Source: Candidatus Brocadia sp.
GTDB lineage: Bacteria; Planctomycetota; Brocadiia; Brocadiales; Brocadiaceae
NCBI GenBank assembly: GCA_021650915.1
Contig: CP091279.1
Span: forward strand, 1,980,001-2,012,000
DNA: 32,000 nt
Direction of reading: 5' to 3'
Shown here: positions 7,332 through 14,979 of the stretch, one piece after another
Layout of the letters: every line of letters starts with the position of its first letter
How positions within the stretch are numbered: the stretch's first letter is position 1
The notes under the pieces: model-generated
Database searches by the model: none
Told to the model about the DNA's origin: nothing
The model's input: only the letters and a program-made list of their open reading frames with translations
Translations under genes and position numbers: made by a program

Positions 7332-7739
7332 ATGAAACGTGTAGCCATTATTTTAGATAAAAATTTAAAAACCGGACTCATTGGCAATGCTTCTGCCATT
7401 CTTATGGGAGCTGTTGCGCGTTGTCATCCAGAACTCTACCCTTCTGACAATATTTTGGATAGAGACAATCAACGCCATGCTGGTATTCGCTACAACACGA
7501 TCCTATTAAAAACAAGTCAGGTTCAATTGTTACGGTTGGCGGAAAAAATACCGTGTGAATATCCACAGGTAACACAGATACTTTTTTCTCAGATTGGACA
7601 AAATCTGAATAATGCATTTGAAGAATATAAAACTCAAATCAACAAAAGGAATACTACAGAGACCAAACCAGTGGGAGTTATTCTCTTCGGAGAGGATGCA
7701 GAAATCAGAGTGCTGACAAAAAAGTATTCATTACTTTAG
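7332..7739 (+). CDS. DUF2000-family protein (PTH2-like fold family, function unknown)
   Basis: GGAGGG RBS 5 nt before ATG 7332. The pattern MKRVAIILDKNL..G...NASAIL..., the central ...HAGI...ILL block and the C-terminal VGVILFGEDAEIRVLTKKYSLL match my recollection of DUF2000 (Atu0240-like) proteins. Confidence 0.55.
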   Translation: MKRVAIILDKNLKTGLIGNASAILMGAVARCHPELYPSDNILDRDNQRHAGIRYNTILLKTSQVQLLRLAEKIPCEYPQVTQILFSQIGQNLNNAFEEYKTQINKRNTTETKPVGVILFGEDAEIRVLTKKYSLL

Positions 7740-7811
7740 CCACGCCTGTGAAGTTTTCTGATAGCAATGAGGGGGTATAAATCCAAAGGAAAATAACGTA
7801 AGGAGAAAAAG

Positions 7812-8372
7812 ATGGAAAGAAAATTTGATCAAAACATACATAAAGTAGGGACTCTTGGCCCACAAGGTACAAGTAGTGAGCAGGCTGCGATACATTTTGT
7901 CCAAAAAACATTACGGGGGAAGGGGACAATTGTTCTAAAAGATACCTTTGAGGAGGTTTTTACGGACTTAACAGAAGGAACCGTCGATTATGCAATAGTG
8001 CCAGTGGCATATCCAGGTATCAATCAGTTTTACATGACTCAGTATATAGAAGATATTTTAAGTTATCGTTTTGATACTCCTGTATATGAATTGGTTACGA
8101 ACAAGAACGACATAGTAAAAACAAATCAAGTAACAGTAGCATTGCATCCGGCTACAAAGCCATTGATTCCCTTCCTTTGCGAGGACTACTTGGCTGTGAG
8201 TCTTGTAACGGCAACCTCAACAGCTGTCGCAGCTAAATTAGCTAAGGACTGCAAAGTTGATCTTGCTATTACAAACGAAGAATCAAGAAAGAGGCATCAG
8301 CTCACCGTTCTTAAGCCTTGGGGACGGATAGGAATGTCTTGGATTGTATTTGGCAATAAAAACTTCATTTAA
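7812..8372 (+). CDS. Prephenate dehydratase-fold protein without an ACT domain (BacA/AerD-type prephenate decarboxylase-like)
   Basis: AAGGAG RBS. 186 aa. Contains VGTLGPQGTSSEQAA, DYAIVPVAYPGINQFYM, FDTPVYEL, ATSTAVAAKLAKD..VDLAITNE, MSWIVFG. This resembles the PDT domain and, in length and motifs, the non-aromatising decarboxylases of the bacilysin/aeruginosin pathways. Confidence 0.5.
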   Translation: MERKFDQNIHKVGTLGPQGTSSEQAAIHFVQKTLRGKGTIVLKDTFEEVFTDLTEGTVDYAIVPVAYPGINQFYMTQYIEDILSYRFDTPVYELVTNKNDIVKTNQVTVALHPATKPLIPFLCEDYLAVSLVTATSTAVAAKLAKDCKVDLAITNEESRKRHQLTVLKPWGRIGMSWIVFGNKNFI

Positions 8373-8477
8373 CGAGGTAAGTATTTAAATACTGCAGATA
8401 AAATGAGGAAGAAATAAAAATATACTCAATACTATTCTGTTATTACGAATGTTGTTTAAATTAAGGGGACAAAAACA

Positions 8478-9107
8478 ATGAATAATGTTATCGTAAATAA
8501 TTCAAAAACTCAAATCATAAGAGATGGTTTCACTCAAAGTTCACTTTCATTAGGAAAAAAAATTATACTCCTTTTCAACGTATTAAAAGATAGTAATTTA
8601 CCACTCCATAGTCATTCTCATATACAATTTGGATATAATTTCTACGGCGCATATGATTTCTTCATAGATGGCAAAAAATATAATGCAAAACCAAGCCAAA
8701 GTTACTTAATAAACTCAAAGATTAGCCATTCTGCAATTGCAACATCTGATTATTATTCATTAGACTTTAAGTATCTTGGAAATCCATTGGAAAAGGTTTG
8801 CCAGTTTGATGTTTTTGAAAAAGAAATAAGTAATGAAGAATGTAAATTTCAAAAAATTCATTTAGAAAATACGATAATTTTAAAATATACTCCTATAAAA
8901 GAAATAGTTCAACTAAAGCTCACTTCCGGAGATAAAGAGAGGTTTTTTGTTGTAGTAAAGAAAAGATGTCAAATAAAAATAAATGTTTCATCTGCAGAAT
9001 TGTTGCCGATGAATATTTATGAAATCAACAGTTCTAATCACGATATAAATTTTGAACTTTTTAAAGAAGGAGACGAAATATTTTTATTTATAATAAAATC
9101 TACATGA
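8478..9107 (+). CDS. Cupin-domain protein (very AT-rich gene)
   Basis: 209 aa. Cupin-like metal motif LPLHSHSHIQFGYNFYG...FFIDGKKY...ISHSA. A-rich region with an AAGGGGA RBS upstream. Confidence 0.5.
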   Translation: MNNVIVNNSKTQIIRDGFTQSSLSLGKKIILLFNVLKDSNLPLHSHSHIQFGYNFYGAYDFFIDGKKYNAKPSQSYLINSKISHSAIATSDYYSLDFKYLGNPLEKVCQFDVFEKEISNEECKFQKIHLENTIILKYTPIKEIVQLKLTSGDKERFFVVVKKRCQIKINVSSAELLPMNIYEINSSNHDINFELFKEGDEIFLFIIKST

Positions 9108-9319
9108 TTCAACCAACGGCTTTAGATATTTTTGATTATACATGCCTCAAAAGATACCTAAAATATGGCATATTATATATGCGAAAGTACTTTTATTGCA
9201 CTCATAAACAGTGGAATGTCTTGTTGATAATAATTAGTCTTGCAGCGAAATTTAATTGATAATTATAGACAAAAAACCCATCTTAGCAAAATACTTGTTC
9301 TGTTGAAGAGGATTGACAT

Positions 9320-11455
9320 ATGAATGACAACTACATCACAAAGATTGCTGAAGAACTTCGTTTGACGGCAAAGCACGTGCTGGCAACCGCCGCACTCCTT
9401 GGGGAAGGCGCTACCGTTCCCTTCATTGCCCGGTACCGAAAGGAGGCTACCGGGTCACTGGATGAGGTTGCTGTTACAACGATTCGCGACCGTCTTGACC
9501 AGCTCAGGGAATTGGATAAACGGCGGGAAGCCATTCTGAAATCCCTCGGGGAGCAGGGAAAGCTTACCGAGGAACTGAAGGGCGGCGTCCTTGCGGCTGA
9601 GACGATGGCGCTGCTGGAGGATATTTACCTGCCGTATCGTCCGAAACGCCGCACCCGGGCTACCATTGCCAGGGAAAAGGGATTAGAGCCGCTGGCCCAG
9701 GGTATCTTTGCCCAGGGTGAACCTGACGCATGTCTTACGGCTCAGGCCTTTATCAATGCCGAAAAAGGGGTCGATACCGCTGAAGATGCGCTTACAGGCG
9801 CCCGCGATATTGTCGCTGAATGGATCAATGAGGACCTCAATGCCAGGGCAAGGATTCGTGAGCTCTTCCTCGCAAAAGGGGTCTTCAGGACAAAAGTAAT
9901 TTCCGGCAAGGAAGAAGAGGGACTGAAGTATAAGGATTATTTTGCGTGGGAAGAGCCCGTGTCAACAGCGCCATCACATAGAATTCTGGCGATGAGACGC
10001 GGAGAAAAGGAGGGGTTCCTGAGCCTGCGGGTTACCCCGCCGGAAGAAGAAGCCCTAACTATTCTCGAAGCGCTCTTTGTAAAGGGGACGGGGGAATCCT
10101 CCCGGCAAGTCAGGATGGCAGCCCACGATAGCTACAAAAGGCTCCTATCTATATCCATGGAAACGGAGATCCGCCTTGAGACCAGGAAAAGAGCGGATGA
10201 AGAGGCGATCAGGGTGTTTGCGGACAATCTCAGACAACTCCTGCTTGCGCCACCCCTGGGACAAAAAAACATCCTTGCCATCGATCCGGGATTTCGCACC
10301 GGATGTAAAGTGGTGTGTCTGGACAAACAGGGCAAGCTGGTTCATACTGATATGATCTATCCCCATCAGTCTGAGAAAAACACATCGGAAGCAGCAGCAA
10401 AGATTCTTGCCCTCTGTGAAAAATTTCAGGTAGAGACCATCGCCATTGGAAATGGCACGGCGGGCAGGGAAACGGAGGCATTTGTACGAACGCTTGCCCT
10501 GCCGGAAAAGATTCATACCGTCATGGTAAATGAAAGTGGCGCCTCCGTCTATTCCGCATCGGACGTGGCACGTGAAGAATTCCCTGACCAGGATGTAACG
10601 GTGCGGGGGGCTGTGTCCATTGGCAGACGGCTTATGGATCCCCTTGCAGAGCTGGTGAAGATCGATCCCAAATCGATTGGCGTGGGACAATACCAGCATG
10701 ATGTCGATCAGGGAATCCTGAAGCGTTGTCTGGATGACGTCGTTATGAGTTGCGTGAATCTTGTTGGCGTTGAGGTCAATACGGCCAGCAAGCAGTTGCT
10801 CATGTACGTTTCTGGCCTGGGACCGCAGCTTGCCGGAAATATCGTTAAATATCGTGACGAAAACGGCCCTTTCCGGTCACGGTCGGATTTGAAAAAGGTT
10901 AGTAAATTGGGGCCAAAGGCCTTTGAGCAGGCAGCGGGCTTCCTGCGTATCAGGGACGGAGAAAACCCTCTCGACCGGAGCGCCGTTCATCCGGAGAGCT
11001 ATCACCTGGTGGATGCCATGGCAAAGGACATGAAATGCTCAGTTCTCGATTTCATGCAGGACGAGCATCTCCGGGGAAGGATCGATCTCACCAGATATGC
11101 AAACGACCTGGTAGGGTTGCCTACGCTCAGCGATATTGTAAAGGAATTGGCGAAACCAGGCCGCGACCCGAGAATGAAGTTTGAAGTATTTAGTTTTACC
11201 AGAGGAATTGACGCCATTGAGCAGGTAACACCCGGCATGAAACTCCCCGGGGTAGTAACGAACGTAACGGCATTTGGCGCCTTTGTTGATATCGGGGTGC
11301 ACCAGGACGGACTCATCCACATAAGCCAGCTTGCTGACCGCTTTGTAAAAAATCCCGGCGAGGTGGTAAAGGTGCACGAGAAAGTGACCGTTACCGTGCT
11401 GGATGTGGATCTGAAAAGGAAGAGGATATCCCTTTCCCTGAAAAAACAAACGTAA
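9320..11455 (+). CDS. tex: Tex-like transcription accessory protein (YqgF/RuvC-like, HhH and C-terminal S1 domains)
   Basis: 711 aa. N-terminal LLGEGATVPFIARYRKEATGSLDEV, central ILAIDPGFRTGCK, C-terminal S1 domain (GMKLPGVVTNVTAFGAFVDIGVHQDGLIHISQL). Confidence 0.9.
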   Translation: MNDNYITKIAEELRLTAKHVLATAALLGEGATVPFIARYRKEATGSLDEVAVTTIRDRLDQLRELDKRREAILKSLGEQGKLTEELKGGVLAAETMALLEDIYLPYRPKRRTRATIAREKGLEPLAQGIFAQGEPDACLTAQAFINAEKGVDTAEDALTGARDIVAEWINEDLNARARIRELFLAKGVFRTKVISGKEEEGLKYKDYFAWEEPVSTAPSHRILAMRRGEKEGFLSLRVTPPEEEALTILEALFVKGTGESSRQVRMAAHDSYKRLLSISMETEIRLETRKRADEEAIRVFADNLRQLLLAPPLGQKNILAIDPGFRTGCKVVCLDKQGKLVHTDMIYPHQSEKNTSEAAAKILALCEKFQVETIAIGNGTAGRETEAFVRTLALPEKIHTVMVNESGASVYSASDVAREEFPDQDVTVRGAVSIGRRLMDPLAELVKIDPKSIGVGQYQHDVDQGILKRCLDDVVMSCVNLVGVEVNTASKQLLMYVSGLGPQLAGNIVKYRDENGPFRSRSDLKKVSKLGPKAFEQAAGFLRIRDGENPLDRSAVHPESYHLVDAMAKDMKCSVLDFMQDEHLRGRIDLTRYANDLVGLPTLSDIVKELAKPGRDPRMKFEVFSFTRGIDAIEQVTPGMKLPGVVTNVTAFGAFVDIGVHQDGLIHISQLADRFVKNPGEVVKVHEKVTVTVLDVDLKRKRISLSLKKQT

Positions 11456-11610
11456 GGGAACCATTGAGTTTTTGAAAAATCTCAGCCATAGCGATGGTTG
11501 CCGCCTGGCATAGGGGGCGAACATTTGCTATAACTGTCATGCATAGCTCAGCGCTGCCGTAACCGGGTAATACTTATACATGCACACCCAATGGGACAAA
11601 TGCTTCGCCC

Positions 11611-12384
11611 TTATTTTTCCGGTAGATTCCGTACCTTGCCCACCGGCGACAGATAAATGACGAACTCATCTTTTCCATCGATCCGAAGCAACCGGTCCAG
11701 GGCTTCCTGATCATAGGCGGCAATGGCGCACGTCCCGGCGCCAATTGCCTCGCAGGCGAGATAAAGGTTCTGGCATACATGCCCTGCGTCGATAGCAATC
11801 ACCTTATGGGCTGCCAGGTGGTAGCGCCACTCCATCCGGTAAGGAATAGCCGTCCAGATGAACGTCACCGGTGCATTGCCTGGGTAGGGCTGACGGTAAA
11901 CGGCATCGACAATCTTTCTGGCAAGGCGCTCTTCGGAAAATTCAAAGAGCAATTGATGAGAAAGCGGGAGATACCGATAGACGCCCTGATCCAGCCCTTT
12001 TCCATTCAGCACGACCAGATACGTCTCAAAGGCATGCCGGCATCCTGCTGAGGGTACCGTGCGATAGGCATGACTGCCCACAACCTCCCCCCGCACACCC
12101 TGGGTCGTCCAGAGCAGAAAGGAGATTTCTTCCAGGGTAAGAGGTTCTTTGGTATATGCCCTTCGACTCTCCCGATGCCCGATTGCGGTGGTCAGATCGA
12201 TTCTGGTTATGTTTTTCCACGCGTCAGGTTTCACAAGGTCGATGCGCGGCGCATTAGCCCGATAAGGCTTTTCAATGGGCGGAACATCAGCACCCCTGTT
12301 CTGATCTGTTTGTGAAAAATCGATCTCTTTCCGGATACTATCTTTGAGAAAGTATCGATATTGTTCTATCAAATCTTCATCCAT
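11611..12384 (-). CDS. SagB-type dehydrogenase / nitroreductase-family protein
   Basis: 257 aa. Contains RESRRAY, RTVPSAGCRHAFETYLVV, YRYLPLSHQL, and a nitroreductase-fold C-terminus (AIDAGHVCQNLYLACEAIGAGTCAIAAYD). Confidence 0.75.
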   Translation of the reverse strand: MDEDLIEQYRYFLKDSIRKEIDFSQTDQNRGADVPPIEKPYRANAPRIDLVKPDAWKNITRIDLTTAIGHRESRRAYTKEPLTLEEISFLLWTTQGVRGEVVGSHAYRTVPSAGCRHAFETYLVVLNGKGLDQGVYRYLPLSHQLLFEFSEERLARKIVDAVYRQPYPGNAPVTFIWTAIPYRMEWRYHLAAHKVIAIDAGHVCQNLYLACEAIGAGTCAIAAYDQEALDRLLRIDGKDEFVIYLSPVGKVRNLPEK

Positions 12385-12731
12385 GTCCTTTATCCCTCCT
12401 TCTCATTTACGTGCGCTTGCACGTTGCAGTATAACGTCAACTGCGCCTTTTTACAAAAGAATACCCTTCTCCACAATCATGTAAAAAAACAGCTATTACA
12501 ATTGGATTATGCCTTCGGTGATTTTGTTTGAGGCCACACGTAGGGGCGAAGCGCTGCTGCCGCCTCCCCCGTTGCGGCTCCCCCTTATACCGCTGGCATC
12601 GGGGAGCATTTCCGATCTTTTGTAAACCCGGAAGGCAAAAAATGGCCGAAGAACAGGTCTACGTCAAGTATAAACGCAAGTACTGACACGTAAAAAAGAA
12701 AAGGAATAAACTGGCTTTTTCAAAATGGTTC

Positions 12732-14099
12732 TTGTATAATAGTTTCATGAACCATGAAGAGACACGAAAAAGCGTAGTACCATCGGGCGGTCTTCACGGC
12801 ATTGAAGTAAGACCCATCCGTCGGGAAGAACGAACCCGATGGGACGAACTCATGCGCCAATACCATTATCCTGGGCTTCACTCTCTGATCGGGGAAAGCA
12901 TCCGGTATCTGGCGATACACCAGGGACAATGGCTTGCCTTGATCGGATGGTCAGCAGCGGCGCTCAAATGCAAGGTACGAGACCGCTGGATAGGATGGCC
13001 TTGCTTTCTTCAGTACCGGCGGTTGTCTTTTGTTGCCAATAACAGTCGTTTCCTGATCTTCCCTCATGTCCGTATACCCAACCTTGCCTCTTATGTCCTC
13101 GCCCGGAATCTCAAACGATTATCCCGGGACTGGCAAACCATCTATAACCATCCGATCTATCTTGCAGAGACCTTTGTCGATCCGCGCTCTTTCAAGGGCA
13201 CCTGTTACAAGGCCCAGGGCTGGGAGTTTCTGGGATATACCCGCGGGTTTGCAAAATGCGCTCACCGGTATTATTCCCACAACCAACCCAAGATGGTCTT
13301 TGTTCGTCCTGTTCTTCCCGATGGGAAAAGAAAACTCTCTGAACCGTATCTCGAAACCCGAAACACCCCAAAGGAGGTAAAACCGATGCGCCTTTCTCTG
13401 AAAGATGCTGAATCACTGAAAGAACGATTATCCCAGATTCCTGATCCCCGTCTATCACGCGGCAAACGACACAGAAAGCTCTCCGTCATGACCCTTTCTC
13501 TTTGTGCCCTGCTGTGTTCTGCCACAAGCTTTGCCGCTATCGCTGAGTGGGCAAAATCATGCAGTCAAAATATGCTCAAACGTCTCGGCTGTCGTCTGAA
13601 CCCAAAGACCGGCATCTATGAACCTCCCAGCGAACCTACCATCCGCAGGTTCCTGCAAGACGTTGATGCCGAAGCGGTAGATACGGCCCTCTACGGCTGG
13701 CTTCAGTCCCTTGCCGGAGAAGATACTGCCCTTGCCATTGACGGGAAGACCCTCAAGGGCGCATACCAGGAAAACGGGCAGAAAATTCATCTCCTCTCTG
13801 CCTTTCTCCAGCAAAAAGGCGTCGTTATCGCCCAATGTCCCGTTGACCAGAAAACCAACGAAATCCCAACGCTGAAAACCCTCCTTGACCCCTTAGACAT
13901 CAAGGACAAGGTGGTCACTCTCGATGCCCTGCATACCCAAAAAGAGACGGCGCGGTATCTCGTTGAAGACAAGAAAGCCGATTACCTCTTTACCGTAAAA
14001 GACAACCAACCCACTCTCAGACAACATATCGAAGACCTCCGCCTGGTCTCTTTTCCCCCCTCAGCACAAAACCATCGACAAACATCACGGACGCATTGA
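12732..14099 (+). CDS. IS transposase, upstream reading frame (DUF4338-like, DDE_Tnp_1-associated and N-terminal DDE parts)
   Basis: 455-aa ORF differing from copy A by R4S and one I/L change (EDTA[I/L]AIDGK). Motifs as for 297-1664. Confidence 0.8.
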   Translation: MYNSFMNHEETRKSVVPSGGLHGIEVRPIRREERTRWDELMRQYHYPGLHSLIGESIRYLAIHQGQWLALIGWSAAALKCKVRDRWIGWPCFLQYRRLSFVANNSRFLIFPHVRIPNLASYVLARNLKRLSRDWQTIYNHPIYLAETFVDPRSFKGTCYKAQGWEFLGYTRGFAKCAHRYYSHNQPKMVFVRPVLPDGKRKLSEPYLETRNTPKEVKPMRLSLKDAESLKERLSQIPDPRLSRGKRHRKLSVMTLSLCALLCSATSFAAIAEWAKSCSQNMLKRLGCRLNPKTGIYEPPSEPTIRRFLQDVDAEAVDTALYGWLQSLAGEDTALAIDGKTLKGAYQENGQKIHLLSAFLQQKGVVIAQCPVDQKTNEIPTLKTLLDPLDIKDKVVTLDALHTQKETARYLVEDKKADYLFTVKDNQPTLRQHIEDLRLVSFPPSAQNHRQTSRTH

Positions 14100-14508
14100 A
14101 ATCCGCCAGGTCTGGACCAGCGCCGATTTAAACCATTACCTTGCATTCCCCTTGGTTGGACAGGTCTTTTGTATCCACAGAAAATTTACCTACCTCAAAT
14201 CCCAAAAAACAACCGAAGAAACGGTCTATGGCATTACCAGCCTTACGCAACAAAAGGCAGACCCTGCCCGCATACTCCGCTTGAACCGGGGACATTGGAG
14301 TATTGAAAACAGCCTCCATTACGTTCGTGATGTCACCTTTGATGAAGACCGCTCCCCGATTCGAACAAACCATGCACCCAGGGTTATGGCCTCCCTCAAA
14401 AATTGCATCATCAGCATCTTTCGCTCACTGGGGAGAACCGCTATCGCACAAACTCTTAGAAATTTAACCTACCAACCTCACCTTGCCCTGAAACTCCTTC
14501 GCTTATAA
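14062..14508 (+). CDS. IS transposase, C-terminal DDE segment in the +1 frame
   Basis: The frame starting at 14062 reads QHKTIDKHHGRIEIRQVWTSADLNHYLAFPLVGQVFCIHRKF...GITSL...NRGHWSIENSLHYVRDVTFDEDRS. It joins the upstream frame if one C is removed from the C6 run at 14055-14060. Confidence 0.75.
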   Translation, partial: QHKTIDKHHGRIEIRQVWTSADLNHYLAFPLVGQVFCIHRKFTYLKSQKTTEETVYGITSLTQQKADPARILRLNRGHWSIENSLHYVRDVTFDEDRSPIRTNHAPRVMASLKNCIISIFRSLGRTAIAQTLRNLTYQPHLALKLLRL

Positions 14509-14511
14509 CGT

Positions 14512-14670
14512 CTCTTTCTTCCCCTTCCCCCCTTATTTCCCATGCCCTTCGAGGCGCATGGGGATTCCCTTGTCTTTTATGCCTTTTTTTGTCATCTTTT
14601 CGTGTCTTTGCTCGTTTTTCCCTCTTCAAACCCCTTCTTTCCCTTGCCTTGCCACTCCCCCTTTTTTGCT
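14512..14670 (+). repeat. Polypyrimidine (C/T-rich) low-complexity tract next to the IS outer end
   Basis: About 160 nt dominated by C and T on the plus strand (cttccccttccccccttatttccc...ccctcttcaaaccccttctttcccttgcc...). It contains one embedded hairpin, CCATGCCCTTCGAGGCGCATGG. Confidence 0.6.
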
Positions 14671-14979
14671 TAGTGTAGAAACATATAAATGCTGTTTTGC
14701 GACGAGATATAGCTAAAATTGTCCACAATATATAATTTGTAATTAATATGTCTGCACACTAGTATTTGGACCAATGATCATCCACCCAGAATAGAATATG
14801 CCCTTGCCATTCAAAGTGTCAAGGATATTTTTCTGCCTTGTATGCCATGATTTTTTCCTCACAAACCTCTCGTTTTCCGTGGAGTCTTTCATTGGGCACG
14901 GGCAAAAACTTGCAAAAAAATTTTACGCGGCAACACTATAATCGGTCTCGAGAGGCGTTTCTGAAAAGCACACGGTATC

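Larger units (their letters stand above)
12654..14520 (+). mobile_element. IS copy B: the same ISAs1-family/DUF4338 insertion sequence, inverted relative to copy A; the outer (right) end is not resolved
   Basis: Matches the reverse complement of 1-1742. The right boundary cannot be set because copy A is cut by the window. No convincing terminal inverted repeat was found by eye after the stop at 14508. Confidence 0.8.

Noticed and set aside
1743-9319. Search for a CRISPR array or leader next to the RT-cas1-cas2 genes. Regions examined: 1743-2983, 4793-4976, 6924-7010, 7296-7331, 7740-7811, 8373-8477, 9108-9319, plus 14510-14980.
   Set aside because: I found no 25-40 bp direct repeats with regular spacing by eye. 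The only repeat-like unit (6944-6980) occurs once. A degenerate or very short array could be missed without a repeat-finding program.
10145-10699. 184-aa minus-strand ORF inside tex. Similar antisense ORFs: 11039..11524, 21625..22359 (244 aa, opposite the intron RT), 26661..27212 (183 aa, opposite the peroxidase) and 15100..15495 (opposite the TPR gene).
   Set aside because: All are antisense shadows of strongly supported genes, with unremarkable low-complexity translations.
14503-14517. Possible right terminal inverted repeat of the IS (GCTTATAACGTCTC compared with the inner end CTACGTCAAGTATAAACGC).
   Set aside because: The match requires a 4-nt gap and covers only short blocks (ACGT, TATAA, GCG). 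That is not convincing without the outer end of a second copy for comparison.
14456-14728. 90-aa Lys/Arg/Glu-rich minus-strand ORF.
   Set aside because: It is the translation of the polypyrimidine low-complexity tract and shows no start context.
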